A stretch of 64,000 nt of DNA. It comes from Eledone cirrhosa (lineage: Eukaryota). Position numbers and translations under genes: made by a program. The notes beneath the pieces were generated by a model. The model was given only the letters and a program-made list of their open reading frames with translations, was not told the DNA's origin and made no database searches. Of this stretch, positions 10,564-24,073 are shown one piece after another (the stretch's first letter is position 1; every line of letters begins with the position of its first letter). The stretch is taken from the NCBI GenBank assembly GCA_964016885.1, contig OZ024766.1, forward strand, positions 19,964,001 to 20,028,000. Direction: 5' to 3'.

Positions 10564-11059
10564 TATCTGTGGTAAATTATTCTCTCAAAGTAGTACCGTA
10601 ACTAGCCACAAACGTATACATACAGGAGACAATCCATATCATTGTGATTTCTGTGGTAAATCATTCTCTGTTAGTAGTAACTTAACTACACACAGATGTA
10701 TACATACAGAAGACAAGCCATACCACTGTGATATCTGTGATAAATCCTTCTCTGATAGTAATCGCTTAACTATACACAAACGTATACATACAGGAGACAA
10801 GCCATACCACTGTGATATTTGTGGTAAATCATTCTCTGTAAGTAGTTACTTAACTAAACACTTACGTACCCATACAGGAGACAAGCCATACCAATGTGAT
10901 ATCTGTGGTAAATCATTCTCTGATAGTAGTACCTTAACTAAACACTTACGTACCCATACAGGAGACAAGCCATACCATTGCGATATCTGAGGTAAATCAT
11001 TCTCTGTATCAAGTAGTTTAACTAGACACAAATATACCCATATGGGTGAGAACCCATAA
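10550..11059 (+). pseudogene. Five intact fingers plus one TGA finger, out of frame behind the copy 2 frameshift
   Basis: Manual translation: [35 protein letters not shown], then TGA (10988-10990) and the terminal finger. Confidence 0.85.
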
Positions 11060-11841
11060 CGAAAAAAATATCTCGTCTGAAAATGGTGAATTAAACACAA
11101 ATACATTCATATGAGAAGCCATGCCACTGTGCTATTCTCTTTCATTGCTGCATTAACTTCATGCAAACATATATATACTTGAGAAAAGCCATATCACTAA
11201 TATTTGTGGAAAATTGTTATCAATGATAGCTTGTTCAACTAGACACTAACATATACAGGAGAGGAACCATATCACTGTAATGTCTGCAGTAAATCATTGT
11301 CTAAATGTTGTGGCTTCACTACACACTAACATTTACAGGAGAGGAACTATATCACTGTGATGTCTGCAGTAAATCATTCTCTAAATGTTGTGGCTTCACT
11401 AGACACTAACATATACAGGAGAGGAACTATATCACTGTGATGTCTGTGGTAAATCATTTTCTTGTAAATAATACTTAATGCAACACAATCAGACAAGATA
11501 AAAACCATATCACTCACCCAAAATAGTGCCACCAATGTTAATATTTTGAATAAAACTGTTTTACTAAGAAATTCTTCTCCTTTCATTTTATTTGTAGAAG
11601 TTGTAACCAAGACCTGTGCTGACAAATCTGTATCGTTCAGAATTTACATACGCTATATATATGTGAATGTATGTGTGTAGAAGTTTGTGTCCCCTTTTGT
11701 TTGTTGCATATGTAGTGGATAAATGTATTCTTTTGTGTATGAATGATAAAAAGAATAATGCCAGAATTGTGATGTTGACAATGTTTATTTTACAATAACA
11801 ACATTAACTTGTTGCTACATTGAATATCAAGTAATAAAAAT

Positions 11842-12474
11842 TGTGACAGGAATTATCACTACATCAATTTTCTGACTAGCTACTTCGAGCTAGCGTGTAT
11901 GTATGTAGCAATACAACGATACACGAGAAGTGATTCAACAGGAAGATGAAAGAATAGATAAAACCCAGAAGTAAACAGTATAATGAAACCTATTGAGTGT
12001 GTGTGTATCCTTAGTATTTGTTATTCCTCTCAAGGACTGCTGCTTCGGTCTCTCTTGTTTGGTGGCGTAGTCTGTGGCCAAGAAGGTGAGAGCCAGTAAG
12101 GCCAGGAGAGAGAGATAGAGTAAAAGGTCAGTAGAAGTCTGTAGACCCCAAGAGGTCTGTAGAATGTGAATGTTTCATATCGTTATTCTCTTAAGGACTA
12201 CTGCTTCGTGGTCTGGCTGCTGGATTCCCTTTGTACTTGTATTTATAATAACCCTATAGCTAGATGTGTATACAGGGTTGATTTATGAGTAGCCATGTGA
12301 GTTTCAGCTATCTTGAAGCTGGGGTCACAGGTCAAGTGGCATGTATGTTCATCATTGTTGTCTCTTGACAGGACAATGGTGGGAAACTCGCAACGATAGG
12401 TGGTCCCAGATGCAAGAACTTTTAGATTCGGTTTCGAATCTTTGCCAGGTAATTTATAGGAGAATTCCGTTACA
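11842..12474 (-). mobile_element. Solo-LTR-like element, unit 2
   Basis: Copy of 4546-5178. Confidence 0.6.
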
Positions 12475-12868
12475 CATCTATTAATGACATAGATGGCAAC
12501 TTAAAGAGTGTCACAGTACTGAAATATGCAGATGAAACCAAGCTGTCCCTTGAGATAAAAAGGACAGATCCTGAACACTATAGATCTGGACACAATGCAG
12601 CAATGGACCACGGACTGGCAACTGAAGCTGGCTGTGTACAAGTGTACGACCATGCATTTATCTATCTATTTAAAGCTGTAAATAGCTATGGTGCGGCCAT
12701 ACTTAGAGATTGCATCACCAGTCTGGAAGCCCTGTCTTGCTCAGAACATTGATCTGGAAATTGTTTAGAGACGTGCAACCAAGTGAATACGCTCCATCAA
12801 CCATCTACCATACTCTGAATGCCTTGCCTCCCTGGGTATGGATACATTGAAGGTCCGACGTCTGGAAC
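12475..12868 (+). mobile_element. CR1-type LINE RT fragment, unit 2
   Basis: Copy of 5179-5575. Confidence 0.82.
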
Positions 12869-13313
12869 TTGCTACTTATTGCACCTGAGCATCAGCCACA
12901 TATAAAATCTACGTTCTTAGATAGCTTCCCTGTGTTCCCAGTACGTCTGTTATGTACCCATAGTTTGTATTTGGGACATAAAATGGAATTTCTACCTACT
13001 CCTTTCCTACACACTGAACATGGCCATTTCCCAGAGGGTACCTGTGCCCTATTTTCCTTCCTACATACTAGAACTTTAGTCTTAGACAAGTTAACTCTAA
13101 GGCCTTTTGATTCTAGGCCATGCTTCCATGTTTGGAATTTCTTATCTAGTTCAGCTGTTAGATCATCTGCGTATAGAAGTTCCCATGGGCAGCCAGTCTT
13201 AAACTCCTCTGTTTTAGCCTGAAGGGCAATAATAAATAGGAGGGGGCTAAGGACTGAGCCTTGATGAACACCAACTTTTATACTAAATTCTTCACTGTAT
13301 TCATTGCTAATTC
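12869..13313 (-). mobile_element. RTE-type LINE RT fragment, unit 2
   Basis: ORF 12892..13326, same motifs. Confidence 0.88.
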
Positions 13314-13473
13314 TATATATATACACGTATTTTTGTGTATATATATATATAATTACTACACCACATTCTTCGCCTAAGTATAATTTGTAATGTTATTTAC
13401 AAAACTAGGAATAAAATAATTCTTAAGATATTCACTGCGAACCTGTACTCTCTCTATATCTTTTTTGGACCTG

Positions 13474-13504
<31 letters not shown>

Positions 13505-13634
13505 CGTATATATTTTTTTATCTATTTCACATTTGTGCTATTTGTAATGTTATGTATACAACCAGGAATAAAATGATTCTTCCCCTAATCCTTACCATTC
13601 ACTGCGAGACCGTACTTGCTGTTCGGCCCTGGGA

Positions 13635-13692
<58 letters not shown>

Positions 13693-14329
13693 CTACAGCA
13701 TATTATTCGTCTAAGTATAATTTGTAATGTTATTTATACAACCAGGAATAAAATAATTCTTACTCTAAACCTTACCATTCACTGCGAGACTCTACTGTCT
13801 TTATTTCCTGTTCCTGCCCCACCTACTTTCGTTTATTCATTAATTTACTTCAAACTCAATCAATTCCTGCCTCTTTCTTCTATATTTTATATTTTCAAGG
13901 TATTTCAACAATTTTTATCTGTTTTACGTTTCTTTCATTAATTTATTCCGTTTTATATTTAAAATATTTCTGACTAATTTTTCCCGTATTTTCTGTCTAA
14001 ATATTTATATACTTTATATATATAAAGTATATATATATATATATATATAAAGTATAAATATATGTGTATATATATATGTATTCATGTATATATGCATATA
14101 TATATGTGTATATGTACTGTATATATACATACATACGTCATACATACTAGACAAGATAATACACCTTCACATCTGATATAAGAATACGGATAGGCTATGT
14201 AGCCGGTAAAACCAAAAGGGGTGAAACACATATTGCTATAGTGTTTCACCAGCTCTTCCTCAATCATTCATAGATGTGAGTGTATATAATAATTATTTTG
14301 TATAATGTATCTTTTTATAAATATATATG

Positions 14330-15167
14330 AGTAGATGTGTGTATAACTATGTACATGTGTATATAACGCAGTAGATGTGTGTATAACTCAGTAGATGTGT
14401 GTGTAACTCAGTAGATGTGTATAACTCAGTAGATGTGTGTAACTCAGTAGATGTGTGTATAACTCTGTAGATGTGTGTGTAACTCAGTAGATGTGTGTAT
14501 AACTCAGTAGATGTGTGTAACTCAGTAGATATGTGTATAACTCTGTAGATGTGTGTGTAACTCAGTAGATGTGTGTATAACTCAGTAGATGTGTATAACT
14601 CTGTAGATGTGTGTGTAACTCAGTAGATGTGTGTGTAACTCAGTAGATGTGTGTGTAACTGTAGATGTGTATGTAACTCAGTAGATGTGTGTAACTCAGT
14701 AGATATGTGTATAACTCTGTAGATGTGTGTAACTCAGTAGATGTGTGTATAACTCAGTAGATGTGTGTGTAACTGTAGATGTGTATGTAACTCAGTAGAT
14801 GTGTGTAACTCAGTAGATGTGTATAACTCTGTAGATGTGTGTGTAACTCAGTAGATGTGTGTGTAACTCAGTAGATGTGTGTATAACTCAGTAGATGTGT
14901 GTAACTCAGTAGATGTGTATAACTCTGTAGATGTGTGTGTAACTCAGTAGATGTGTGTAACTCAGTAGATGTGTGTGTAACTCTGTAGATGTGTATGTAA
15001 CTCAGTAGATGTGTGTGTAACTCTGTAGATGTGTGTGTGTAACTCAAATAATTGTCCCCCGCCCTCACTTTCGTCTCAAATAATTGTCCCCCACCCTCAC
15101 TTTGGTCTCAAATAATTGTCCCCTACCCTCGCTTAGGTCTCAAATAATTTTCCCCCACCCTCACTCA
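14330..15167. repeat. Compound minisatellite, unit 3 (longest 20-mer tract; 32-mer x4)
   Basis: As unit 1. Confidence 0.95.
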
Positions 15168-15352
15168 TTTAATTTTCAGATTTTTTACACCACCACCACA
15201 CTCTTGATTCACCCCACCCATTTAAAATAAATAGGATGGGTTGTGGTCTCATTATGTAAACTAAATGACTAATTCTGGTTTTCTATCTCTGGTGAAATTT
15301 ATATGTATATATATATATGTATAGATATATAAATATCTATGCATATGTATAT

Positions 15353-15625
15353 CATCATCATCATCATCATTATCACCGTTTTACGTCCGTTCTTCCACGC
15401 TAGCACGGGTTAGACGGGTTGTCCTGTTGTGGGCAGTGTCTGGTCGGCTGACCATGCCATGCTCATACAGGAACTCATTTGGCTTGATTTCTACAGCTGG
15501 ATGCCCTTCCTAACACCAACCTCATTTACAGTGAGTGCTGGGTGCTTTTTCGTGGCGCCTACACGTCCACTTTACAGTGTGGGCTGGGTGCTTTTTTGCC
15601 GTGGCACCTCCACGACCACCTTGCG
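15353..15625 (-). mobile_element. SINE-like element, unit 3
   Basis: Copy of 1086-1358. Confidence 0.7.
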
Positions 15626-16635
15626 GTATATATATATAAATATTTATACATATGTATATATATATGTATATATATGAGCTCTTAAGACCAGTAAAATAAC
15701 CTCTCTAGTGACACAAACAATACACCCAGTCCTTGCTGTAAAGTGATTAATGTGGAAAGGCATCCAAACAGCAAAGAAAAAAAATAGCGCTAAAATTATG
15801 GAAAACCCTACGAATAAAAATTTCTACTAATTGTGTCTACAAGCCTAACACAAGTCATGTTAACGGGGTGCCTAGTGTAGCCTTGTGTGAGAATCCTTTG
15901 ACTGTTATCAAGCAATTACACAGCACTTTTCCCCTTCCAGGTAGAAAGAACTGTTACTCAAGGAACTATCAAGTTACACATCTCAGGTCTCAGACAATTA
16001 CCATGTTAGAATGTCATATAAGAATGAAGTTCTTGGGTAAAGGCTATAGGGCAGACCTCCCAAAAGTTAGAAGGATATAGTTTATAGAGCATCTTGGAAT
16101 ACCACTGCTTACATTGGAGAGAATAACTCTGGACAGGAAAGTTGATATCTACAGTTTATCAATATAGAAATATAAAATTTCCAATGTTAAATCTATCTCT
16201 GTTTCTAAAGTATTCTCTATTATCTCATACTGTTTCTTTCTTATTTCAGAATATCAGATGACATTGGGATAAAATTATTTTTTAATCTTGAATACATCCC
16301 CTCTATTTATCATCATTTCAAGACTAAAGGTTTTGATACGGAACTCATATAACACTGTTTATATAAATCTATGGCAGATTAATGTGAAATATTTCCTCAG
16401 AACTGTGCGTCTTGGAAAAATTGTTGGAAAAGTATTGTTTCATCACCATCTGAAATATTTACAAGGTGATTTTGAATCTTAACTAAACTTGGATCAGAAA
16501 GAAGTTTGCATCATCTTCAGATCTTGACTGAGATCACCGTTGCCGGAAATATAGCAGAAGTATTATCTTCAGGAATATAATATATAAAATAAGACAAGAA
16601 TAACATCTGTAAATTCTGCCAAGGGGAGAAGAAAC

Positions 16636-18243
16636 ATGGAAACTAAATTGAGTGAGAAGAAGATGAAATGTGAAACATTGTCTAGAGATTTGGCTATTCC
16701 AGAAGAGATGTCAAAATCTAGAGGAGAGAAACCATATCACTGTGATGTCTGTGGTAAATCATTCTCTGTTAGTAGTACCTTAACTAGCCACAAATGTACC
16801 CATACAGGAGACAAGCCATACCACTGTGATATCTGTGGTAAATCATTCTCTGCAAGTGGTTCCTTAACTTCACACTTACGTACCCATACTGGAGACAAGC
16901 CATACCACTGTGATATCTGTGGTAAATCATTCTCTGCAAGTGGTTCCTTAACTAAACACTTACATACCCATACCGGAGACGAGCCATACCACTGCGATAT
17001 CTGTGGTAAATCATTCTCTCAAAGTAGCAACTTAACTAGACACATACATACCCATACCGGAGACAAGCCATACCACTGCGATATCTGTGGTAAATCATTC
17101 TCTCAAAGTAGCAACTTAACTAGACACATACGTATACATACAGGAGACAAGCCATACCACTGTGAGATCTGTGGTAAATCATTCTTTATAAGTAGTCACT
17201 TAACTATACACAAACGTATACATACAGGAGACAAGCCATACCACTGTGATATCTGTGGTAAATCATTCTTTATAAGTAGTCACTTAACTATACACAAACG
17301 TATACATACAGGAGACAAGCCATACCACTGCGATATCTGTGGTAAATCATTCTCTCAAAGTAGCAACTTAACTAGACACATACGTATACATACAGGAGAC
17401 AAGCCATACCACTGTGAGATCTGTGGTAAATCATTCTTTATAAGTAGTCACTTAACTATACACAAACGTATACATACAGGAGACAAGCCATACCACTGTG
17501 ATATCTGTGGTAAATCATTCTTTATAAGTAGTCACTTAACTAGACACAAACGTATACATACAGGAGACAAGCCATACCACTGTGATATCTGTGGTAAATC
17601 ATTCTTTATAAGTAGTCACTTAACTATACACAAACGTATACATACAGGAGACAAGCCATACCACTGCGATATCTGTGGTAAATCATTCTCTCAAAGTAGC
17701 AACTTAACTAGACACATACGTATACATACAGGAGACAAGCCATACCACTGTGAGATCTGTGGTAAATCATTCTTTATAAGTAGTCACTTAACTATACACA
17801 AACGTATACATACAGGAGACAAGCCATACCACTGTGATATCTGTGGTAAATCATTCTTTATAAGTAGTCACTTAACTATACACAAACGTATACATACAGG
17901 AGACAAGCCATACCACTGTGATATCTGTGGTAAATCATTCTTTATAAGTAGTCACTTAACTATACACAAACGTATACATACAGGAGACAAGCCATACCAC
18001 TGCGATATCTGTGGTAAATCATTCTCTGTAGGTGGTAACTTAACTAAACACTTACATACCCATACAGGAGACAAGCCATACCACTGTGATATCTGTGGTA
18101 AATTATTCTCTGATAGTAGTGCCTTAACGAGACACAAACGTATACATACAGGAGACAAGCCATACCACTGCGATATCTGTGGTAAATCATCCTCTGATAG
18201 TAGTAACTTAACTAAACACTTACGTACCCATACAGGAGACTAG
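16636..18243 (+). CDS. Poly-C2H2 zinc-finger protein, copy 3 (18 fingers)
   Basis: 535-aa ORF with repeated ISSH/QSSN fingers. Ends at a linker AAG>TAG. Confidence 0.9.
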   Translation: METKLSEKKMKCETLSRDLAIPEEMSKSRGEKPYHCDVCGKSFSVSSTLTSHKCTHTGDKPYHCDICGKSFSASGSLTSHLRTHTGDKPYHCDICGKSFSASGSLTKHLHTHTGDEPYHCDICGKSFSQSSNLTRHIHTHTGDKPYHCDICGKSFSQSSNLTRHIRIHTGDKPYHCEICGKSFFISSHLTIHKRIHTGDKPYHCDICGKSFFISSHLTIHKRIHTGDKPYHCDICGKSFSQSSNLTRHIRIHTGDKPYHCEICGKSFFISSHLTIHKRIHTGDKPYHCDICGKSFFISSHLTRHKRIHTGDKPYHCDICGKSFFISSHLTIHKRIHTGDKPYHCDICGKSFSQSSNLTRHIRIHTGDKPYHCEICGKSFFISSHLTIHKRIHTGDKPYHCDICGKSFFISSHLTIHKRIHTGDKPYHCDICGKSFFISSHLTIHKRIHTGDKPYHCDICGKSFSVGGNLTKHLHTHTGDKPYHCDICGKLFSDSSALTRHKRIHTGDKPYHCDICGKSSSDSSNLTKHLRTHTGD

Positions 18244-18417
<174 letters not shown>

Positions 18418-19276
18418 CGAAAAAATATCTCGTCTGAAAATGGTGAATTAAACACAAATACATTCATATGAGAAGCCATGCCACTGTGCTATTCTCTTTC
18501 ATTGCTGCATTAACTTCATGCAAACATATATATACTTGAGAAAAGCCATATCACTAATATTTGTGGAAAATTGTTATCAATGATAGCTTGTTCAACTAGA
18601 CACTAACATATACAGGAGAGGAACCATATCACTGTAATGTCTGCAGTAAATCATTGTCTAAATGTTGTGGCTTCACTACACACTAACATTTACAGGAGAG
18701 GAACTATATCACTGTGATGTCTGTGGTAAATCATTGTCTAAATGTTGTGGCTTCACTAGACACTAACATTTACAGGAGAGGAACTATATCACTGTGATGT
18801 CTGGTAAATCCTTCTCTAAATATTGTGGGTTCAAAACACACTAACATATACAGGAGAGGAACTATATCACTGTGATGTCTGTGGTAAATCATTTTCTTGT
18901 AAATATTACTTAATGCAACACAATCAGACAAGATAAAAACCATATCACTCACCCAAAATAGTGCCACCAATGTTAATATTTTGAATAAAACTGTTTTACT
19001 AAGAAATTCTTCTCCTTTCATTTTATTTGTAGAAGTTGTAACCAAGACCTGTGCTGACAAATCTGTATCGTTCAGAATTTACATACGCTATATATATGTG
19101 AATGTATGTGTGTAGAAGTTTGTGTCCCCTTTTGTTTGTTGCATATGTAGTGGATAAATGTATTCTTTTGTGTATGAATGATAAAAAGAATAATGCCAGA
19201 ATTGTGATGTTGACAATGTTTATTTTACAATAACAATATTAACTTGTTGCTACATTGAATATCAAGTAATAAAAAT

Positions 19277-19909
19277 TGTGACAGGAATTATCACTACATC
19301 AATTTGCTGACTAGCTACTTCGAGCTAGCGTGTATGTATGTAGCAATACAACGATACACGAGAAGTGATTCAACAGGAAGATGAAAGAATAGATAAAACC
19401 CAAAAGTAAACAGTATAATGAAACCTATTGAGTGTGTGTGTATCCTTAGTATTTGTTATTCCTCTCAAGGACTGGTGCTTCGGTCTCTCTTGTTTGGTGG
19501 CGTAGTCTGTGGCCAAGAAGGTGAGAGCCAGTAAGGCCAGGAGAGAGAGATAGAGTAAAAGGTCAGTAGAAGTCTGTAGACCCCAAGAGGTCTGTAGAAT
19601 GTGAATGTTTCATATCGTTATTCTCTTAAGGACTACTGCTTCGTGGTCTGGCTGCTGGATTCCCTTTGTACTTGTATTTATAATAACCCTATAGCTAGAT
19701 GTGTATACAGGGTTGATTTATGAGTAGCCATGTGAGTTTCAGCTATCTTGAAGCTGGGGTCACAGGTCAAGTGGCATGTATGTTCATCATTGTTGTCTCT
19801 TGACAGGACAATGGTGGGAAACTCGCAACGATAGGTGGTCCCAGATGCAAGAACTTTTAGATTCGGTTTCGAATCTTTGCCAGGTAATTTATAGGAGAAT
19901 TCCGTTACA
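19277..19909 (-). mobile_element. Solo-LTR-like element, unit 3
   Basis: Copy of 4546-5178. Confidence 0.6.
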
Positions 19910-20303
19910 CATCTATTAATGACATAGATGGCAACTTAAAGAGTGTCACAGTACTGAAATATGCAGATGAAACCAAGCTGTCCCTTGAGATAAAAAGGAC
20001 AGATCCTGAACACTATAGATCTGGACACAATGCAGCAATGGACCACGGACTGGCAACTCAAGCTGGCTGTGTACAAGTGTACGACCATGCATTTATCTAT
20101 CTATTTAAAGCTGTAAATAGCTATGGTGCGGCCACACTTAGACATTGCATCACCAGTCTGGAAGCCCTGTCTTGCTCAGAACATTGATCTGGAAATTGTT
20201 TAGAGACGTGCAACCAAGTGAATACGCTCCATCAACCATCTACCATACTCTGAATGCCTTGCCTCCCTGGGTATGGATACATTGAAGGTCCGACGTCTGG
20301 AAC
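19910..20303 (+). mobile_element. CR1-type LINE RT fragment, unit 3
   Basis: Copy of 5179-5575. Confidence 0.82.
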
Positions 20304-20748
20304 TTGCTACTTATTGCACCTGAGCATCAGCCACATATAAAATCTACGTTCTTAGATAGCTGGCCTGTGTTCCCAGTACGTCTGTTATGTACCCATAGTT
20401 TGTATTTGGGACATAAAATGGAATTTCTACCTACTCCTTTCCTACACACTGAACATGGCCATTTCCCAGAGGGCACCTGTGCCCTATTTTCCTTCCTACA
20501 TACTAGAACTTTAGTCTTAGACAAGTTAACTCTAAGGCCTTTTGATTCTAGGCCATGCTTCCATGTTTGGAATTTCTTATCTATATCAGCTGTTAGATAA
20601 TCTGTGTATAGAAGTTCCCATGGGCAGCCAGTCTTAAACTCCTCTGTTTTAGCCTGAAGGGCAATAATAAATAGGAGGGGGCTAAGGACTGAGCCTTGAT
20701 GAACACCAACTTTTATGCTAAATTCTTCACTGTATTCATTGCTAATTC
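20304..20748 (-). mobile_element. RTE-type LINE RT fragment, unit 3
   Basis: Same motifs; YADD mutated to YTDY. Confidence 0.88.
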
Positions 20749-20980
20749 TATATATATATATATATATATACACATATTTACGTGTATATATATATACACA
20801 TATTTATGTGTATGTATATATATATATATACACGTATTTATGTGTATATATATATATAATTACTACACCACATTCTTCGCCTAAGTATAATTTGTAATGT
20901 TATTTACAAAACTAGGAATAAAATAATTCTTAAGATATTCACTGCGAACCTGTACTCTCTCTATATCTTTTTTGGACCTG

Positions 20981-21011
<31 letters not shown>

Positions 21012-21141
21012 CGTATATATTTTTTTATCTATTTCACATTTGTGCTATTTGTAATGTTATGTATACAACCAGGAATAAAATGATTCTTCCCCTAATCCTT
21101 ACCATTCACTGCGAGACCGTACTTGCTGTTCGGCCCTGGGA

Positions 21142-21213
<72 letters not shown>

Positions 21214-21866
21214 CTACAGCACATTATTTGTCTCAGTATAATTTGTAATGTTATTTATACAACCAGGAATAAAATAATTCTTACTCTAAACCTTACCATT
21301 CACTGCGAGACTCTACTGTCTTTACTTCCTGTTCCTGCCCCACCTACTTTCGTTCATTCATTAATTTACTTCAAATTCAATCAATTCCTGTCTCTTTCTT
21401 CTATATTTTATATTTTCAAGGTATTTCAACAACTTTTATCTGTTTTACGTTTCTTTCATTAATTTATTCCGTTTTATATTTAAAATATTTCTGACTAATT
21501 TTTCCCGTATTTTCTGTCTAAATATTTATATACTTTATATATATAAAGTATATATATATATAAAGTATATATAAATATGTATATATAAATATGTATATAT
21601 AAATATATGTCTATATATATATATGTATTCATGTATATATGCATATATATATGTGTATATGTATTGTATATATACATTATACATACTAGACAAGATAATA
21701 CACCTTCACATCTGATATAAGAATACGGATAGGCTATGTAGCCGGTAAAACCAAAAGGGGTGAAACACATTGCTATAGTGTTTCACCAGCTCTTCCTCAA
21801 TCATTCATAGATGTGAGTGTATATAATAATTATTTTGTATAATGTATCTTTTTATAAATATATATG

Positions 21867-22588
21867 AGTAGATGTGTGTATAACTATGTACATGTGTATA
21901 TAACGCAGTAGATGTGTGTATAACTCAGTAGATGTGTGTGTAACTCAGTAGATGTGTGTGTAACTCAGTAGATGTGTGTGTAACTCTGTAGATGTGTATG
22001 TAACTCAGTAGATGTGTGTATAACTCTGTAGATGTGTGTGTAACTCTGTAGATGTATGTATAACTCAGTAGATGTGTGTAACTCTGTAGATGTGTGTGTA
22101 ACGCAGTAGATGTGTGTATAACTCAGTAGATGTGTGTAACTCTGTAGATGTGTGTGTAACTCAGTAGATGTGTGTATAACTCAGTAGATGTGTGTATAAC
22201 TCAGTAGATGTGTGTATAACTCAGTAGATGTGTATAACTCTGTAGATGTGTGTGTAACTCAGTAGATGTGTGTGTAACTCAGTAGATGTGTGTGTAACTC
22301 TGTAGATGTGTGTGTAACTCTGTAGATGTGTATGTAACTCAGTAGATGTGTGTATAACTCTGTAGATGTGTGTGTAACTCTGTAGATGTGTGTGTGTAAC
22401 TCAAATAATTGTCCCCCACCCTCACTTTCGTCTCAAATAATCGTTCCCCACCCTCACTTTGGTCTCAAATAATTGTCCCCTACCCTCGCTTAGGTCTCAA
22501 ATAATTTTCCCCCACCCTCACTTTGGTCTCAAATAATTGTCCCCTACCCTCGTTTAGGTCTCAAATAATTTTCCCCCACCCTCACTCA
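21867..22588. repeat. Compound minisatellite, unit 4 (32-mer x6)
   Basis: As unit 1. Confidence 0.95.
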
Positions 22589-22773
22589 TTTAATTTTCAG
22601 ATTTTTTACACCACCACCCCACTCTTGATTCACCCCACCCATTTAAAATAAATAGGATGGGTTGTGGTCTCATTATGTAAACTAAATGACTAATTCTGGT
22701 TTTCTATCTCTGGTGAAATTTATATGTATATATATATATGTATAGATATATAAATATCTATGCATATGTATAT

Positions 22774-23046
22774 CATCATCATCATTATCATTATCACCGT
22801 TTTACGTCCGTTCTTCCACGCTAGCACGGGTTAGACGGGTTGTCCTGTTGTGGGTAGTGTCTGGTCGGCTGACCATGCCATGCTCATACAGGAACTCATT
22901 TGGCTTGATTTCTACAGCTGGATGCCCTTCCTAACACCAACCTCATTTACAGTGAGTGCTGGGTGCTTTTTCGTGGCGCCTACACGTCCACTTTACAGTG
23001 TGGGCTGGGTGCTTTTTTGCCGTGGCACCTCCACGACCACCTTGCG
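22774..23046 (-). mobile_element. SINE-like element, unit 4
   Basis: Copy of 1086-1358. Confidence 0.7.
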
Positions 23047-24073
23047 GTATATATATATAAATATTTATACATATGTATATATATATGTATGTATATATAT
23101 ATGTATATATATGAGCTCTTAAGACCAGTAAAATAACCTCTCTAGTGACACAAACAATACACCCAGTCCTTGCTGTAAAGTGGTTTATGTGGAAAGGCAT
23201 CCAAACTGCAAAGAAAAAAAATAGCGCTAAAATTATGGAAAGCCCTACAAATTAAAATTTCTACTAATTCTGTCTACAAGCCTAACACAAGTCATGTTAT
23301 TGGGGTGCCTAGGGTAGCCATGTGTGAGAATCCTTTGACTGTTATCAAGCAATTACACAGCACTTTTCCCCTTCCAGGTAGAAAGAACTATTACTCAAGG
23401 AACTGTCAAGTTACACATCTCAGGTCTCAGACAATTACCATGTTAGAATGTGATATAAGAATGAAGTTCTTGGGTAAAGGCTATAGAGCAGACCTCCCAA
23501 GAGTTAGAAGGATATAGTTTATAGAGCATCGTGGAATATCACTGCTTACATTGGAGAGAATAACTCTGGACAGGAAAGTTGATATCTACAGTTTATCAAT
23601 ATAGAAATATAAAATTTCCAATGTTAAATCTATCTCTGTTTCTAAAGTATTCTCTATTATCTCATACTGTTTCTTTCTTATTTCAGAATATCAGATGATA
23701 TTGGGATAAAATTAGATTTTAATCTTGAATACATCCCCTCTATTTGTCATCATTTCAAGAATAAAGGTTTTGATACGGAACTCATATAACACTGTTTATA
23801 TAAATCTACGGCAGAATTACTGTGAAATATTTCCTCAGAACTGTGTGTCTTGGAAAAATTCTTGGAAAAGTATTGTTTCATCACCATCTGAAATATTTAC
23901 AAGATGATTTTGAATCTTAACTAAACTTGGATCAGAAAGAAGTTTGCATCATCTTCAGATCTTGACTGAGATCACCGTTGCCGGAAATTTAGCAGAAGAA
24001 ATATCTTCAGGAATATAATGTATAAAATAAGTCGAGAATAACATCTGTAAATTCTGCCAAGGGAAGAAGAAAC

